This document shows, one piece after another, positions 1 through 10,198 of a stretch of 64,000 bases of DNA (positions are counted from its first letter, which is position 1; every line of letters begins with the position of its first letter). The stretch spans positions 96,001-160,000 of the forward strand of contig JAFWDK010000015.1 of assembly GCA_017513085.1 (NCBI GenBank). The letters are read 5' to 3'. A program made the position numbers and the translations under genes. A model generated the notes under the pieces. It saw only the letters and a program-made list of their open reading frames with translations. It searched no databases and was not told the DNA's origin. The stretch is from Clostridiales bacterium. Its GTDB lineage: Bacteria > Bacillota > Clostridia > Saccharofermentanales > Saccharofermentanaceae.

Positions 1-623
1 ACCAGTTCTTCTGTTTCATCGTGAGCATGGATCAGAAGAAAATGGCTTCCGTCCTCATCAGTAAGCAAGGACTTTCCCAGCTCCGGATTGACCATCTCCG
101 CGCGGGCCAGAATATCTTTCATCGTGACACCGCTTCCCGGACGGATCTCGTACTCTGCGAAATCGAATGTCCAGAATGTATCGATATCTTTATCCAATCC
201 CATCTCTTTCCAGATCTTATAAGGGATCTGGGTATCTTTCACCTTGTTGAAGCCATGCTCCCGGAGATAGTCCTGCAGTGCGTCCTTATTCTCCCCGCCC
301 TTATCGCCATACGGGAAACGGAACGGCCGGTATTTTCTCTCCACGCCGGCATCCTTATAAAGCTGGTCCAGGAGTTTCTCCGTCTTTTCGATTTCTTCGA
401 TCGCTTCTTCAAGAGTCAGCTTCGAGAAGAAAGGATGCGTGTAACTGTGGTTGCCGACGATGGCGCCTTTCTGCAACGCATAGACTGCATTATCGTAGTG
501 CTCTAAAACTCTTTCGCCCCAGGCAAACATCAGGACCGGGATCTTCTTCTCGCAAAGATAATCCACGATCGCACGAGTATTTTTCGAAGCAATATCATCC
601 ATAGTTAAAACAGCATGTTTCAT
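1..623 (-). CDS. Polysaccharide deacetylase (CE4/NodB family), 3' end beyond window
   Basis: Not in the ORF track. Translated by hand from ATG at 623 (RBS GAAAGGA): MKHAVLTMDD...GNHSYTHP...RPFRFPYG, matching NodB motifs TxDD, HSxxHP and RxPY. Confidence 0.85.
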   Translation of the reverse strand, partial: MKHAVLTMDDIASKNTRAIVDYLCEKKIPVLMFAWGERVLEHYDNAVYALQKGAIVGNHSYTHPFFSKLTLEEAIEEIEKTEKLLDQLYKDAGVERKYRPFRFPYGDKGGENKDALQDYLREHGFNKVKDTQIPYKIWKEMGLDKDIDTFWTFDFAEYEIRPGSGVTMKDILARAEMVNPELGKSLLTDEDGSHFLLIHAHDETEEL

Positions 624-726
624 ATTCGGTATATCCTTTCAACATAAGACACAGTATAGAAAAATAGTACCAAACCATATGTGAAAAGAACAGAGTCTGA
701 AAGTATAGACACGCTATGCAAAGGCA

Positions 727-753
727 AAAGAACCCCGATCGCGGGTGCTTTTT
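727..753 (-). terminator. Possible intrinsic terminator after AEC transporter
   Basis: Imperfect GC stem on the minus strand (AAAGCACCCG...GGGGTTCTTTT) right after the stop codon. Confidence 0.4.
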
Positions 754-1690
754 ACAAAAAAGTGAGAAGCATGGACATCGCAGGGATCGTAAAGATACAA
801 AGAAGCGTGGAAAGCAGGATGCAGTTCGCACTCATCTTCTGTTCTTTGCCATGGATCTCCGCCATATTCAGAATGACCGATGCGCAAGGTACAGCGCCGA
901 GGATGAAAAGGCTCGCTTTGAAAGCATACGGTACCGGAAGGAAGAATGCGACTGCGAAAGAAATAAGCGGAAACAGGATTAGTTTTCCACCACAGATCAG
1001 GTACACGAAAGGCTCGGAGAAAAGTTCTTTGAACTTGATCGTCGAAAGACGGATGCCTAAGATCAGCATACATACGGGCGTTGTCATTTTGCCGAGAAGT
1101 TCGATCGCATTTTTGCATGTACCCGGAATATGCTCCGGCGCCCCGACGATATAAAGCACAAGTCCAACAAGAAGCGAAAGCACTGCCGGGTTGATGATCG
1201 CCGAATGCAGCGATATATACTTCTTATCCAACGTCAGGCAGTACACGGCCGCCGTAAAAACCAGGATGTTCATGGAGATCACGTAGATCGAAGAATAGCA
1301 GGCCACCTCCGGATGATCCGGGAGAAGCGCTTGTATAAGGGGCATACCGAAGAAACCACAGTTGCCAAGTGCGGAACCGATGGCAAGCATCCTGTACTTG
1401 TTGATGTGAAACTTTTTCCGAAGGATCAGGAACAGCGAAAGAAGGAAGGCCACCTCAAACACAAAGGAAACGAGGAAGAATACTCCCATATCCCGCAGCG
1501 CATCCCAGGAAAACTCCATCGAAAAGAAGGACGAGACGATCATGCACGGCGAAAGCACATAGATCAGAACCGCTGACATCGTGGAAAGATGCTCCGCGGA
1601 TGCCTTCTTCGCTTTCCCCAGAATATAACCCGGACACATATACATCAGCGCGACCAGCACACTTAAAAAAGCAGTTTTAAAAGCAAGCAT
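752..1690 (-). CDS. AEC (auxin efflux carrier) family transporter
   Basis: 312 aa, multi-TM; GNCGFFGMPL and C-terminal PCA...STLLCIFTIP motifs. Confidence 0.88.
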   Translation of the reverse strand: MLAFKTAFLSVLVALMYMCPGYILGKAKKASAEHLSTMSAVLIYVLSPCMIVSSFFSMEFSWDALRDMGVFFLVSFVFEVAFLLSLFLILRKKFHINKYRMLAIGSALGNCGFFGMPLIQALLPDHPEVACYSSIYVISMNILVFTAAVYCLTLDKKYISLHSAIINPAVLSLLVGLVLYIVGAPEHIPGTCKNAIELLGKMTTPVCMLILGIRLSTIKFKELFSEPFVYLICGGKLILFPLISFAVAFFLPVPYAFKASLFILGAVPCASVILNMAEIHGKEQKMSANCILLSTLLCIFTIPAMSMLLTFL

Positions 1691-1722
1691 ATTCCTAAAC
1701 TTTCATCCCCCTAGAAGACCGA

Positions 1723-2205
1723 TCAGGCCTCGTTGACGAGTTTCCCGCTCATATGAACAGGGATGAATTCCAGACACTGCGCGCGGGGAAGCGCATGCTC
1801 CAGTTCGTGCTGAAGATATGCTTCGTCATCCGTAAACTTTTTCGTGATGGCAGTTCCGATCCGGATAGCCATCTCCACGTCATTTACCCGACGGATATGC
1901 CCGCGAATGATCACGCTCTTAATGTTCAATGCCCACTCGCCTTCTTTACGGAATCCCTCGTCGTAGACGCAGAAGCATGCTTTATCGCATTCATCAAGTG
2001 CATCCAGTTTGTGTCCCTCTTTGGCGCCATGGAAATAGATGTGTCCGTCCTCCTCACAAAACCAGTGATTCAACGGGATCGAGTAAGGATACCCTTGTTC
2101 GCCGATCAAAGAGAGAACACCGCGCTTCGTTGTCCGTAAAACTTCCCGGCATTCCTCTTCACTTAATTGCTGTTTAAATCTCCGCATCGGTCGAAACTCA
2201 CTCAT
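1723..2205 (-). CDS. Pyridoxamine 5'-phosphate oxidase / NimA-like flavin-binding protein
   Basis: MRRxxQ, GVLS, YPYxIPLN, IYFHGAKEGHK motifs. Confidence 0.85.
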   Translation of the reverse strand: MSEFRPMRRFKQQLSEEECREVLRTTKRGVLSLIGEQGYPYSIPLNHWFCEEDGHIYFHGAKEGHKLDALDECDKACFCVYDEGFRKEGEWALNIKSVIIRGHIRRVNDVEMAIRIGTAITKKFTDDEAYLQHELEHALPRAQCLEFIPVHMSGKLVNEA

Positions 2206-2429
2206 ACGTCATATCCTCTCCTAAGCAAAATCAGGAGCTATTATACCATGTAAAGCCCGCTTCGTCTTTGCTTCTTCGCATTTTCCGTCAAAACATCCCA
2301 CCCTAAAGGACAATCCTTCCCTTGCTTCTACAAAGAAGCGCTTCTTTGTTGTAAAATAGGAATGCAAAAAGCATACATCCGCGCAGGAGACCGATCCTGC
2401 ACGCCGGAAGAGGAGAGGGTATATCGGAT

Positions 2430-3347
2430 ATGTACTACAAAATAGGTGAGCGCATCGAAGAATTCACACCGAAGAGTTTTGATAAACTGGATTTTCAATA
2501 TATAGCCGTAATCAGTTCCGAAGAGTGGATCAAGAACAATAAGAAGTTCAGTATGGGGATCGAGTGGGATATCAACCTCGATGAAATAACCGATACTCAC
2601 GCAGAAGTGAATATCGATTCTTTGACAGGAACGTTCTCCATTCCGAGCCGCAAAAACATCTCCGGACCCAAACACAACTTTGCTTTTGCACTCGACGAGA
2701 AAGGTGTTGTTTTTGTCGATGACGAAGGATTTGCTTTGAAGATCATCGATAAGATCTCCAAGAGCAAGAAGTATATCAACCCTTGCCTGGAGCGTTTCCT
2801 TTACGATTTTCTTGAGAGCATTATCCACAGAGACTATAAGATCATCGAACGTTATGACGCAAGATTAGACCAGATCGAAAAGGATGTCTTAAATGAAGAC
2901 TCCACAGGTTCCATCCGGGAGCTGACCGATATCCGCAGTGAACTTCGCGATCTCCGCATCCATTACGCCCAGCTTATGGATCTGAGCCAGGAACTGGAAG
3001 AGAATGAAAACGACTATTTCAAAGAAGATAACGAGCGCTATTTCCATCTGGTCTTCCAGAGAGTACAGTCCTTACACGAGATGGCTTCTTCACTTTCCGA
3101 TTATACTGCCCATATCCGTGACCTCAATCAGGCGCAGATCGACTTGAAGCAGAACAAGATCATGACGATCCTTACCGTCGTAACCAGCATTTTCATGCCG
3201 CTGACCTTGATCACAGGCTGGTACGGCATGAACTTCGTACATATGCCTGAACTGGCACAACCGGCGGCCTATCCGATCGTGATCGGCGTATGCATCTTTA
3301 TCGCTGTCGCATGTCTGGTGTTTTTCAAGAAGAAAAAGTGGCTGTGA
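2430..3347 (+). CDS. corA: CorA family Mg2+/divalent cation transporter
   Basis: YGMNF signature, MPEL loop and two C-terminal TM helices. Confidence 0.92.
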   Translation: MYYKIGERIEEFTPKSFDKLDFQYIAVISSEEWIKNNKKFSMGIEWDINLDEITDTHAEVNIDSLTGTFSIPSRKNISGPKHNFAFALDEKGVVFVDDEGFALKIIDKISKSKKYINPCLERFLYDFLESIIHRDYKIIERYDARLDQIEKDVLNEDSTGSIRELTDIRSELRDLRIHYAQLMDLSQELEENENDYFKEDNERYFHLVFQRVQSLHEMASSLSDYTAHIRDLNQAQIDLKQNKIMTILTVVTSIFMPLTLITGWYGMNFVHMPELAQPAAYPIVIGVCIFIAVACLVFFKKKKWL

Positions 3348-3349
3348 CT

Positions 3350-3898
3350 TTAGCGTTCCGCTTTAAGGAGCGAATACCAGCTGGCGTCGCAAATGCCCGT
3401 GTTGTTTCTGTCTGAGCTTCGGAGCGTGCCTTCAAACTTTAACCCGCAGTGTGTCATGACTTTTCCCGAATTCGGGTTTCTCGGGTCGTGATAACTGCAG
3501 ATACGGTTTGCTCCGACCTCATCGAAGAAGAAATCCACGAGTGCCTGCATCGCTTCCGACATGATCCCTTGATGCCAGAACTTTCTTCCCAGGCAATATC
3601 CGATCTGGATCGACTCCGTGCTGTCATTGACCAGCCCGTGGATCGTACCGATGGCTTCTTCTCCATTCTCTTTAAGAGTGATGGCCCAGTGATAGTAGTC
3701 GTTTTTCTCATATTCCGGAAGCCACATACCCAGCACATATTTCGTTGTATCCACATTTTCATGTGTCGGCCATGTCAGAAACTTCGTCACTTCCGGATCC
3801 GACGCCCAGTTTCTGAACATCGCTTCCGCATCGTCCATAGTCAGACGTCGAAGGATCAATCTTTCTGTTTCTAAAATCTTTGTTCCACAATGCTTCAT
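3350..3898 (-). CDS. GNAT N-acetyltransferase (RimJ/RimL type)
   Basis: ETERLILR, IGYCLG..WHQGIMSEA, NPNSGKV..CG..FEG. Confidence 0.9.
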   Translation of the reverse strand: MKHCGTKILETERLILRRLTMDDAEAMFRNWASDPEVTKFLTWPTHENVDTTKYVLGMWLPEYEKNDYYHWAITLKENGEEAIGTIHGLVNDSTESIQIGYCLGRKFWHQGIMSEAMQALVDFFFDEVGANRICSYHDPRNPNSGKVMTHCGLKFEGTLRSSDRNNTGICDASWYSLLKAER

Positions 3899-4554
3899 TT
3901 TTCTTCCTCCAATATATCCGCTAATTCACTGATCGTATCGATCACATAGTCTGCTCCGGCGGCAAGAAGCGTTTCCCTGTCCGCATTTCCATAAGTCACG
4001 CCGCAAGTGCGCGCACCGGCATTTTTACCCATAAGGATATCCATAGGCATATCCCCTACAACCAAAGCCTGATCTGCTTCACATGACAGATCCTTCAAGG
4101 TTTTCAGGACCGGATCCGGATTCGGCTTCAAAAGCTCTGTATCTTCCTGGGCGAGAATATAGGAGAAGCGCCCGACGATCCCTAACTGATCCAAAAAGCC
4201 AAGCAGGGATCTACGGTTTCGGGATGTCGCGATCGTGCATGTGATACCCTTTTCCTCCAACTGATCCAGGATCTCCAACATGCCGGGAAAAAGCGTCGGC
4301 GGGTCCTTCCGGATCGTCTCATCGAAAAGACTCCGGTAATGCTTCACGCAAAGATCGGCTTCTTCCTCGGAAAGTTCAGGATACATATTTTGAAAACCGG
4401 TCTTAGCCGAATAACCGATCGTCGCCGCACAAGCTTCTTCGTCAGCCACGGGAAGATGCATCCTCCGCATAGTCTCCTGCTTAGCATACACGATTGCTTT
4501 TCGTGTGTCCATGATCGTTCCGTCAAAATCAAATATCACCAGTTGCGTCTTCAA
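3895..4554 (-). CDS. HAD-IA hydrolase (phosphoglycolate phosphatase-like)
   Basis: FDFDGT, KPNPD, VGDMPMDI. Start moved to TTG at 4554 behind an AGGA RBS. Confidence 0.88.
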   Translation of the reverse strand: MKTQLVIFDFDGTIMDTRKAIVYAKQETMRRMHLPVADEEACAATIGYSAKTGFQNMYPELSEEEADLCVKHYRSLFDETIRKDPPTLFPGMLEILDQLEEKGITCTIATSRNRRSLLGFLDQLGIVGRFSYILAQEDTELLKPNPDPVLKTLKDLSCEADQALVVGDMPMDILMGKNAGARTCGVTYGNADRETLLAAGADYVIDTISELADILEEEK

Positions 4555-4577
4555 ATTCCTTTTGCTCCTTACTAAAC

Positions 4578-5888
4578 TTATTTCTTTTCCACACGCAGGA
4601 CCAGACAGCCATGCGCCGGGATCTCTTGTTTTGAAATGCTTTCCCAGGTATCGAAGATCTCCCCGCTCCATAGCTCGGTGATTTTCGAAAGCTCACTGTA
4701 TCCGGTTTTCTCCGCGCCGGATCCTTCGGCAAAAGCACTTCTCCGTGGCGCATCCGTTAGATTAAACAGTGTTACATACTGCCTGTCTTCAGTCTCGCAA
4801 ACCGCTGTCCACACAGCTTCTTCATCGTTTTGAACAAGAACTTCCGGTTTATACTTCGGTTCTCTCATTGCCAGGATCTCCCGATTGGTAAGAAGGCTCA
4901 CCGTCTTCTCATCCATGGCAGGAAGTTCAGAACCGATCATGAGCGGGGAACCGAAAAGACACCACAAGGATAGCATAGTCCTCTGTTCTTCAAAGGTGAA
5001 ATTCGTAGGCCTTATTTTCCCGAAGCCCTTCCCCAACTTACCGATAGGAAGCATATCGCAGTCCGGATAGCACCCCGGCTTCACATGGTCCTTCCAGGTC
5101 CGGCAGCGGTCAAACATGTCCAAAAGAGATTCCCAGTGATCCCAGAAGTCGTCCGTGATGCGCCACATATTCGCAAATCTCTCATAGTGTGCCGCCTCAT
5201 CGATCAGGGCCGGTCCCGGTGAAAGCGACAGTACGATCGGCCGTCCCGTCTTTTCGATCGCGCGGTGGAGCATCTCCACTTCATGCCTTGCCGAGTAAGG
5301 ATCATGGGGATAAGCATTGGTATTACAGATATCATCGCACTTGATAAAGTCCACGCCCCAGGACGCATAAAGTTCAAGGAGCGAATCGTAGTAGCGCTGC
5401 CCGGCCTCGGTATTTCTTACGCCATACATATCCGGATTCCACTTACTGATCGATGACGGATCCGCGATCTCATCCGCTGTGACTGAAGTTCCCAGGACCG
5501 CGCCGTGAAGATGCGCCGCAAGACGCGGAATTCCCCGCATGATGTGGATGCCGAACTTAAGTCCTTTTGCATGGACATAGTCAGCAAGCTTTTTGAACCC
5601 TGAACCATCCGTCGAAGAAGGAAACCTCTCGGGATCCGGAAGGAAACGGGAGTACTCATCCATCTCCATTTTCGAGAAAGGAATATACTGGAATTCGTCT
5701 CTTCTCGTTCCGGCACCATGGGCGTACCACTGGATATCCACCACCACGTATTCCCAACCGTAGGAAAGAAGGTGCTCGGAAAGATAATCAGCATTGCGCT
5801 TAACGTCTTCTTCCGTCACGGTCGTATCGTAGTAATCGTAACTGTTCCAGCCCATCGGCGGAGTCGGGCAAAAATCGTTCTTATTCAT
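4578..5888 (-). CDS. Glycoside hydrolase family 27 (alpha-galactosidase / beta-L-arabinopyranosidase-like)
   Basis: TPPMGWNS, VVDIQW, WGVDFIKCDD, WRITDD, DCDML motifs; no signal peptide. Confidence 0.9.
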   Translation of the reverse strand: MNKNDFCPTPPMGWNSYDYYDTTVTEEDVKRNADYLSEHLLSYGWEYVVVDIQWYAHGAGTRRDEFQYIPFSKMEMDEYSRFLPDPERFPSSTDGSGFKKLADYVHAKGLKFGIHIMRGIPRLAAHLHGAVLGTSVTADEIADPSSISKWNPDMYGVRNTEAGQRYYDSLLELYASWGVDFIKCDDICNTNAYPHDPYSARHEVEMLHRAIEKTGRPIVLSLSPGPALIDEAAHYERFANMWRITDDFWDHWESLLDMFDRCRTWKDHVKPGCYPDCDMLPIGKLGKGFGKIRPTNFTFEEQRTMLSLWCLFGSPLMIGSELPAMDEKTVSLLTNREILAMREPKYKPEVLVQNDEEAVWTAVCETEDRQYVTLFNLTDAPRRSAFAEGSGAEKTGYSELSKITELWSGEIFDTWESISKQEIPAHGCLVLRVEKK

Positions 5889-5904
5889 CGCATTACCTCA
5901 GCTT

Positions 5905-6417
5905 TCAGCGAAAATATTCTTCTTTTAAGATCTCCATCTCGATGACATTGACCGGCTCTTTTTCCGTGATACCTGCATCGTGAAAACCAACCTTTTTATA
6001 GCATGCATGTGCCCGGTCGTTATTCTCGAAAACGCCGATGGTGATCTTTTCGACACCAAGGATCTCGAAGGCATACTTCATTCCGAGACGCAGCATCTCG
6101 GTACCGTAACCCTTACCGCGGTTCGTACAGTCGATGACGACCCAGCCGAAACGGAGCAACTTCGTATCTCCGTTTAAGTAACGCATGATGAAGCTTCCCA
6201 CCACGCCGTTTTCGTCGTCAAAAGCGACCCACGGATAGAAATTATCCGGTTCCTCGCAAAGTCCGTTCTTATTCTTAAACATGTCCGCGATGATCTCCGC
6301 ATCGATCGGATACTCACCGAAAAGATCTCCGCCCCATTTGTGGAACACGTCTTTATCCTGCACCCACTGCGCGATCTTCTTTGCATCCGCTTCTTTATAT
6401 TGTCTCAATCTAAGCAT
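5905..6417 (-). CDS. GNAT N-acetyltransferase
   Basis: RGKGYGTEML and N..AHACYKKVGF. Confidence 0.88.
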   Translation of the reverse strand: MLRLRQYKEADAKKIAQWVQDKDVFHKWGGDLFGEYPIDAEIIADMFKNKNGLCEEPDNFYPWVAFDDENGVVGSFIMRYLNGDTKLLRFGWVVIDCTNRGKGYGTEMLRLGMKYAFEILGVEKITIGVFENNDRAHACYKKVGFHDAGITEKEPVNVIEMEILKEEYFR

Positions 6418-6459
6418 ATGATTTTCTCTCCTTTTTCCGCTCTATATTCTACTGAAAAA

Positions 6460-7884
6460 TCAGTCCGGTTTCTTCGTAAGATAGAGTATGTGTGTGTCGT
6501 TAAAGACGACCTTTCCGCCGGCTTCTTCCACTGCGTCGTGAAGTTTTTGGAAGAATGTTTCCCGGATCGGATCCGGGATCACGATATGCGTGCAGTGCGT
6601 GCCGTTTAAGGCTACATATTCGTCAGCGTTCAGTTCTCTTTTTCCGGGGAATTCGCGCCTCTCCACTTCCTCATATCCGTACTCCGGCGCTGCCGTATAG
6701 CGGAAGCCGCCATGGGTATAGGGAATGTCCGGCTGGAAGTATTCATCGTAGAGCTTCTGGATCTTCTCATAGAGCACTTCATCATTGCTTTTATATTCGG
6801 AGGAAGTGAGCATCATGGCGAGAACTCCGCCGGGCTTCAGAAGGGAGAAGATCTTCGGATAGGCAATTTCTTCCGGGATCCATTGGATCGTGGCCGCCGA
6901 GTAGATCAGGTCATATTTTTCTTCTCCGAAATCATGGGTGATAAAGTCATCATTCACGATATGAAAGTTCGGAAGAGCTCCGTATTTTTCTTTCATTTTC
7001 CGATAGAGATGTTCACCCAGTTCGATGGCGTGATACTCGCATCCGGTGCGAAGGATCGGATCCGTCGCCTGCCCGGTTCCCGGGCCGATCTCCAGGACCT
7101 TGACTCCCGGTCCGACTTTCGCATAATCGATCAGATCAGAAAAGAGTTCCTCACTATATCTCGGTCGGAACTTATCGAACTGATCCGGAATCGTATCGAA
7201 GACTTTCCGGAATTCCTCCTGTTCCATTTCTTTCACGAGCTCCTCGTCAACGGGACGGATAATTCCGTCTTCCACATAGTGGATCGCACCGACGGTATCG
7301 ACGCGTCCTTCTTTCACGAAGATCGCACTCAGATCATCCATGGCGAAGACCGGATGGATCTTCGATGCCGCCAATACTTTCTCTTGACGCTCCTGATCTG
7401 CCGTATCAAAATGGGAGAGGATCGTAATATTCGCCATACCCAGACCTTCGTAGGCTTCCATTTTCTCCCAGATATCGATAGTAGTCTTTCCGAGATTCAT
7501 CGAGCCTGCGCTGACCCCGAGAAGCACGGCATCACTGTCTTTGATAGCATCAGCAATGTCCTTCTCCTTGATGAGCGCCATCTGCGCCGTGGCATTTCCG
7601 CCCATGAGGAAGATACAGGATGCTTCCTGGATCAGGCGTGATGCCTCGGAAAAAGATGTCCGCTCGTCGATGACACAGTGCATTTCAAAAGGCATATTCT
7701 TTTCTTCAAACATGACGTGCATGCCGTCCGAATCGTCGTCATTTTTCTCATATTCCTCCGGCCACGCACTGATGAAAACCAGGCTTTTCCGAACTGGAAG
7801 CTCTGCCTGAAGCCGTGCTGCAATCTCTGCCGTGAAGTGACGATCCGGGAACCCGCTGAATAAACCGATCAGTTGCTTTCTCAT
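6460..7884 (-). CDS. Fusion: peptidase S51/class I GATase-like domain + class I SAM methyltransferase
   Basis: N-half LMGGN...GVSAGS...LSHF; C-half VLEIGPGTGQAT...LLKPGG. Confidence 0.82.
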   Translation of the reverse strand: MRKQLIGLFSGFPDRHFTAEIAARLQAELPVRKSLVFISAWPEEYEKNDDDSDGMHVMFEEKNMPFEMHCVIDERTSFSEASRLIQEASCIFLMGGNATAQMALIKEKDIADAIKDSDAVLLGVSAGSMNLGKTTIDIWEKMEAYEGLGMANITILSHFDTADQERQEKVLAASKIHPVFAMDDLSAIFVKEGRVDTVGAIHYVEDGIIRPVDEELVKEMEQEEFRKVFDTIPDQFDKFRPRYSEELFSDLIDYAKVGPGVKVLEIGPGTGQATDPILRTGCEYHAIELGEHLYRKMKEKYGALPNFHIVNDDFITHDFGEEKYDLIYSAATIQWIPEEIAYPKIFSLLKPGGVLAMMLTSSEYKSNDEVLYEKIQKLYDEYFQPDIPYTHGGFRYTAAPEYGYEEVERREFPGKRELNADEYVALNGTHCTHIVIPDPIRETFFQKLHDAVEEAGGKVVFNDTHILYLTKKPD

Positions 7885-8699
7885 TTCTTTCCCTCTTTTC
7901 TCGAAACGATCATCAGATGTTCCGTATGTGCCAGATACTCTTCTTTATCGCAGAAGCGGATCGCATAGTCATACCACGCCATCCGGATCTTTCTCGGACT
8001 TTTTGCCAGGCTCCAGCGGTAGGGTGCGAGGATACTCTCCTGCCCGAATATCTTCACCGTCTTAAGACCGGGGATCTTCGAAAGGAGTTTTTTTGCATCG
8101 GGAATGGTGGCCATATACGAGTAGGTAAAGGCTTCAAAAGACAGACTTTCGTCTCTTGCACAGGCCTCATAATACATCTTCTCATTCTCCCGGCAGATGG
8201 ACTCCTGCAGATCCCGAAGGCCATATACCACGCCCCCGAAAAGCAGGATAAAGCTGGTGAAAAGAAGCCCGCCGGGTTTGAGGACCCTCTTCGCTTCCGC
8301 CAGCGCGCGGATCCGGTTCTTCTCGCTCATGATATGGTACATGGGACCCATGAGAAATACCACGTCAAAAGTGTTATCCGGGAAGCGCGACAGGTCCATG
8401 GCATCGCCCTGCACCGCATCAAAATGCACTTTATACTGGTGTGCTTTTTTCTTGGCAAAGCGCACGTTCTCCGGGCTTAGATCCAGAAGGGTTACGTCGT
8501 GGCCTTTCTTGGCATAGTAGACCGAGTACTGTCCCGGTCCGCCCCCGATATCGAGGATCGTGGCGCCTTTTGGGATCAACCGGTCCATCATGTGGACCGT
8601 AATATATTTTTCATAAGGATGATCTTTCTGCAGCCGGTCCCATTCTTTTTTCGGGTGGCTGTCGTAGTATTCCTGAATGATTTCTTTCTGCTCTTTCAT
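7881..8699 (-). CDS. Class I SAM-dependent methyltransferase
   Basis: ILDIGGGPG, FDVVFLMGPMYH, RVLKPGG; start taken at MKEQKE. Confidence 0.88.
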   Translation of the reverse strand: MKEQKEIIQEYYDSHPKKEWDRLQKDHPYEKYITVHMMDRLIPKGATILDIGGGPGQYSVYYAKKGHDVTLLDLSPENVRFAKKKAHQYKVHFDAVQGDAMDLSRFPDNTFDVVFLMGPMYHIMSEKNRIRALAEAKRVLKPGGLLFTSFILLFGGVVYGLRDLQESICRENEKMYYEACARDESLSFEAFTYSYMATIPDAKKLLSKIPGLKTVKIFGQESILAPYRWSLAKSPRKIRMAWYDYAIRFCDKEEYLAHTEHLMIVSRKEGKK

Positions 8700-8748
8700 A
8701 GTTATATCTCCCAAGCATACGCTTCTGGCTTGATTCCGATTCTTGCGG

Positions 8749-9264
8749 TTAGAAAAGCGCTTGCACGATTTTTTCAGCGCATTCTTCCGGGAAAAGGACA
8801 CTGGTATCGACAGTGAGACTGTACTGAATATCTTGACTCATCAGCTGCGCCTGTTCTTCCGACTGGCTCTCGTAGCGGTCTCCCCGCTCGATATTTCGTT
8901 GCTTACAGATATCCAGCGGACAGTACACTTCCACGATGGATAGCGGGCTGTCCTTCATGATCTCCATAAGCTTCTGATAATGGGGCTTGATCTCGTCGCG
9001 CTCCACCAGGATCCCGTCGATCAGGACGTTCTTTCCCATATCGGAATATAGTTTTGCGGTGTGATACATCATGATGATCACTTCCGATAAATACTTCCAG
9101 TAATCTTCCTGAAGATACTGTTCACCGACCATCTCCTGAAACAGGTCATTCGCCACCACATAGAAGAATACATCTCTTCGTGACTGCAGTGCATCCACGA
9201 TAGATGTCTTCCCTGAACTGGTTACGCCGTTTAAAAATATGATCTTCCCTTTTTCCATTTTCAT
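8749..9264 (-). CDS. Chloramphenicol phosphotransferase-like P-loop kinase
   Basis: IIFLNGVTSSGKTS, G.NVLIDG, R...RGDR, VDTS...PEECA. Confidence 0.8.
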   Translation of the reverse strand: MKMEKGKIIFLNGVTSSGKTSIVDALQSRRDVFFYVVANDLFQEMVGEQYLQEDYWKYLSEVIIMMYHTAKLYSDMGKNVLIDGILVERDEIKPHYQKLMEIMKDSPLSIVEVYCPLDICKQRNIERGDRYESQSEEQAQLMSQDIQYSLTVDTSVLFPEECAEKIVQALF

Positions 9265-9328
9265 TTCCTCTTACTTCCATTTCTGCCGTTGCGGATTCGG
9301 ATTTCCTTAGTATCTGCCGTAGCTGAAT

Positions 9329-10144
9329 TCAGATCTGCTCAAGGATCTGCGCGACACCGTCTTCTTCATTGGTGGCGGTGACCGTATCGGCCACGTTCTT
9401 TACCTCCTCGATGGCATTGCCCATCGCCACGCCATATCCGATATTTCTTATGCTCTCCACATCATCGTGATCGTCTCCGAAATAGACCGCTTCTGACACT
9501 GGTATATTCTCTCTTTCCAGAAGTCTTCTGACGCCATTCCACTTGGTCGCAGAGGTGCTCATGATCTGAAACAGCCACCCTTCTGCGACCGTGAAATACG
9601 CATCTTCCGAAAGACCGTTTTCGGAAAGGATCCCCCGTATTCTTTCGGGGATCTCCGAAGACGGGCAAAGGGGTTCTGTCGGGATCGTCACGGAAGAAAG
9701 TTTATGCTCTTTTCCTGCAATCAGGATCTTATACAGATCGACCTCTTTCAAAAGTGAAAGAAGGTCCGGTACTTTCGGTGTATCCCACTCGGGGATCTCG
9801 ATATTTCCGAAGATGCCTTTGCTTGTTTCCAGCACCACGATCAGGTCATCATGGGAAAGAACAGCGGACAGTGCTTTTGTCGCAGAATCAGAAGAAAAAC
9901 CGTTACTGATAACGGTGTCTCCGAACTTGATCCGCGCACCGTTTAAGGTGATCAGGGCATCAGCTTCGGTGAACTCTTTATACATCGCGGAGATCGCCCG
10001 TTCGGGCCGGGCAGAAGCGACCGCCCAGATTCCGCCGTTCTCCCGAAAAGCACGAATCGCTTGCATCGTGCGGTCGGAGATCGTTTTATCGTTCCGGAGA
10101 ACGGTTCCATCAAGGTCAGTAAAAACAGCGCGTATTCTTTTCAT
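9329..10144 (-). CDS. Cof-type HAD-IIB hydrolase
   Basis: TDLDGT, ASAR, LNGA, FGDDHDD, VAMGNA, NEEDGVA; GGGAGG RBS before MKRIRA. Confidence 0.9.
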   Translation of the reverse strand: MKRIRAVFTDLDGTVLRNDKTISDRTMQAIRAFRENGGIWAVASARPERAISAMYKEFTEADALITLNGARIKFGDTVISNGFSSDSATKALSAVLSHDDLIVVLETSKGIFGNIEIPEWDTPKVPDLLSLLKEVDLYKILIAGKEHKLSSVTIPTEPLCPSSEIPERIRGILSENGLSEDAYFTVAEGWLFQIMSTSATKWNGVRRLLERENIPVSEAVYFGDDHDDVESIRNIGYGVAMGNAIEEVKNVADTVTATNEEDGVAQILEQI

Positions 10145-10198
10145 CAGCGCCTCCCTATGCATCTTTATGTGTCTAACTAAAGTATATCAATAAACCCT

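Noticed and set aside
2350-2429. Mg2+ (M-box) riboswitch upstream of corA
   Set aside because: Leader too short; only one small hairpin and no M-box consensus.
6712-7641. Long antisense ORFs (also 11907-12737, 32558-33430 and others)
   Set aside because: Shadows of real genes on the opposite strand; no motifs or RBS.
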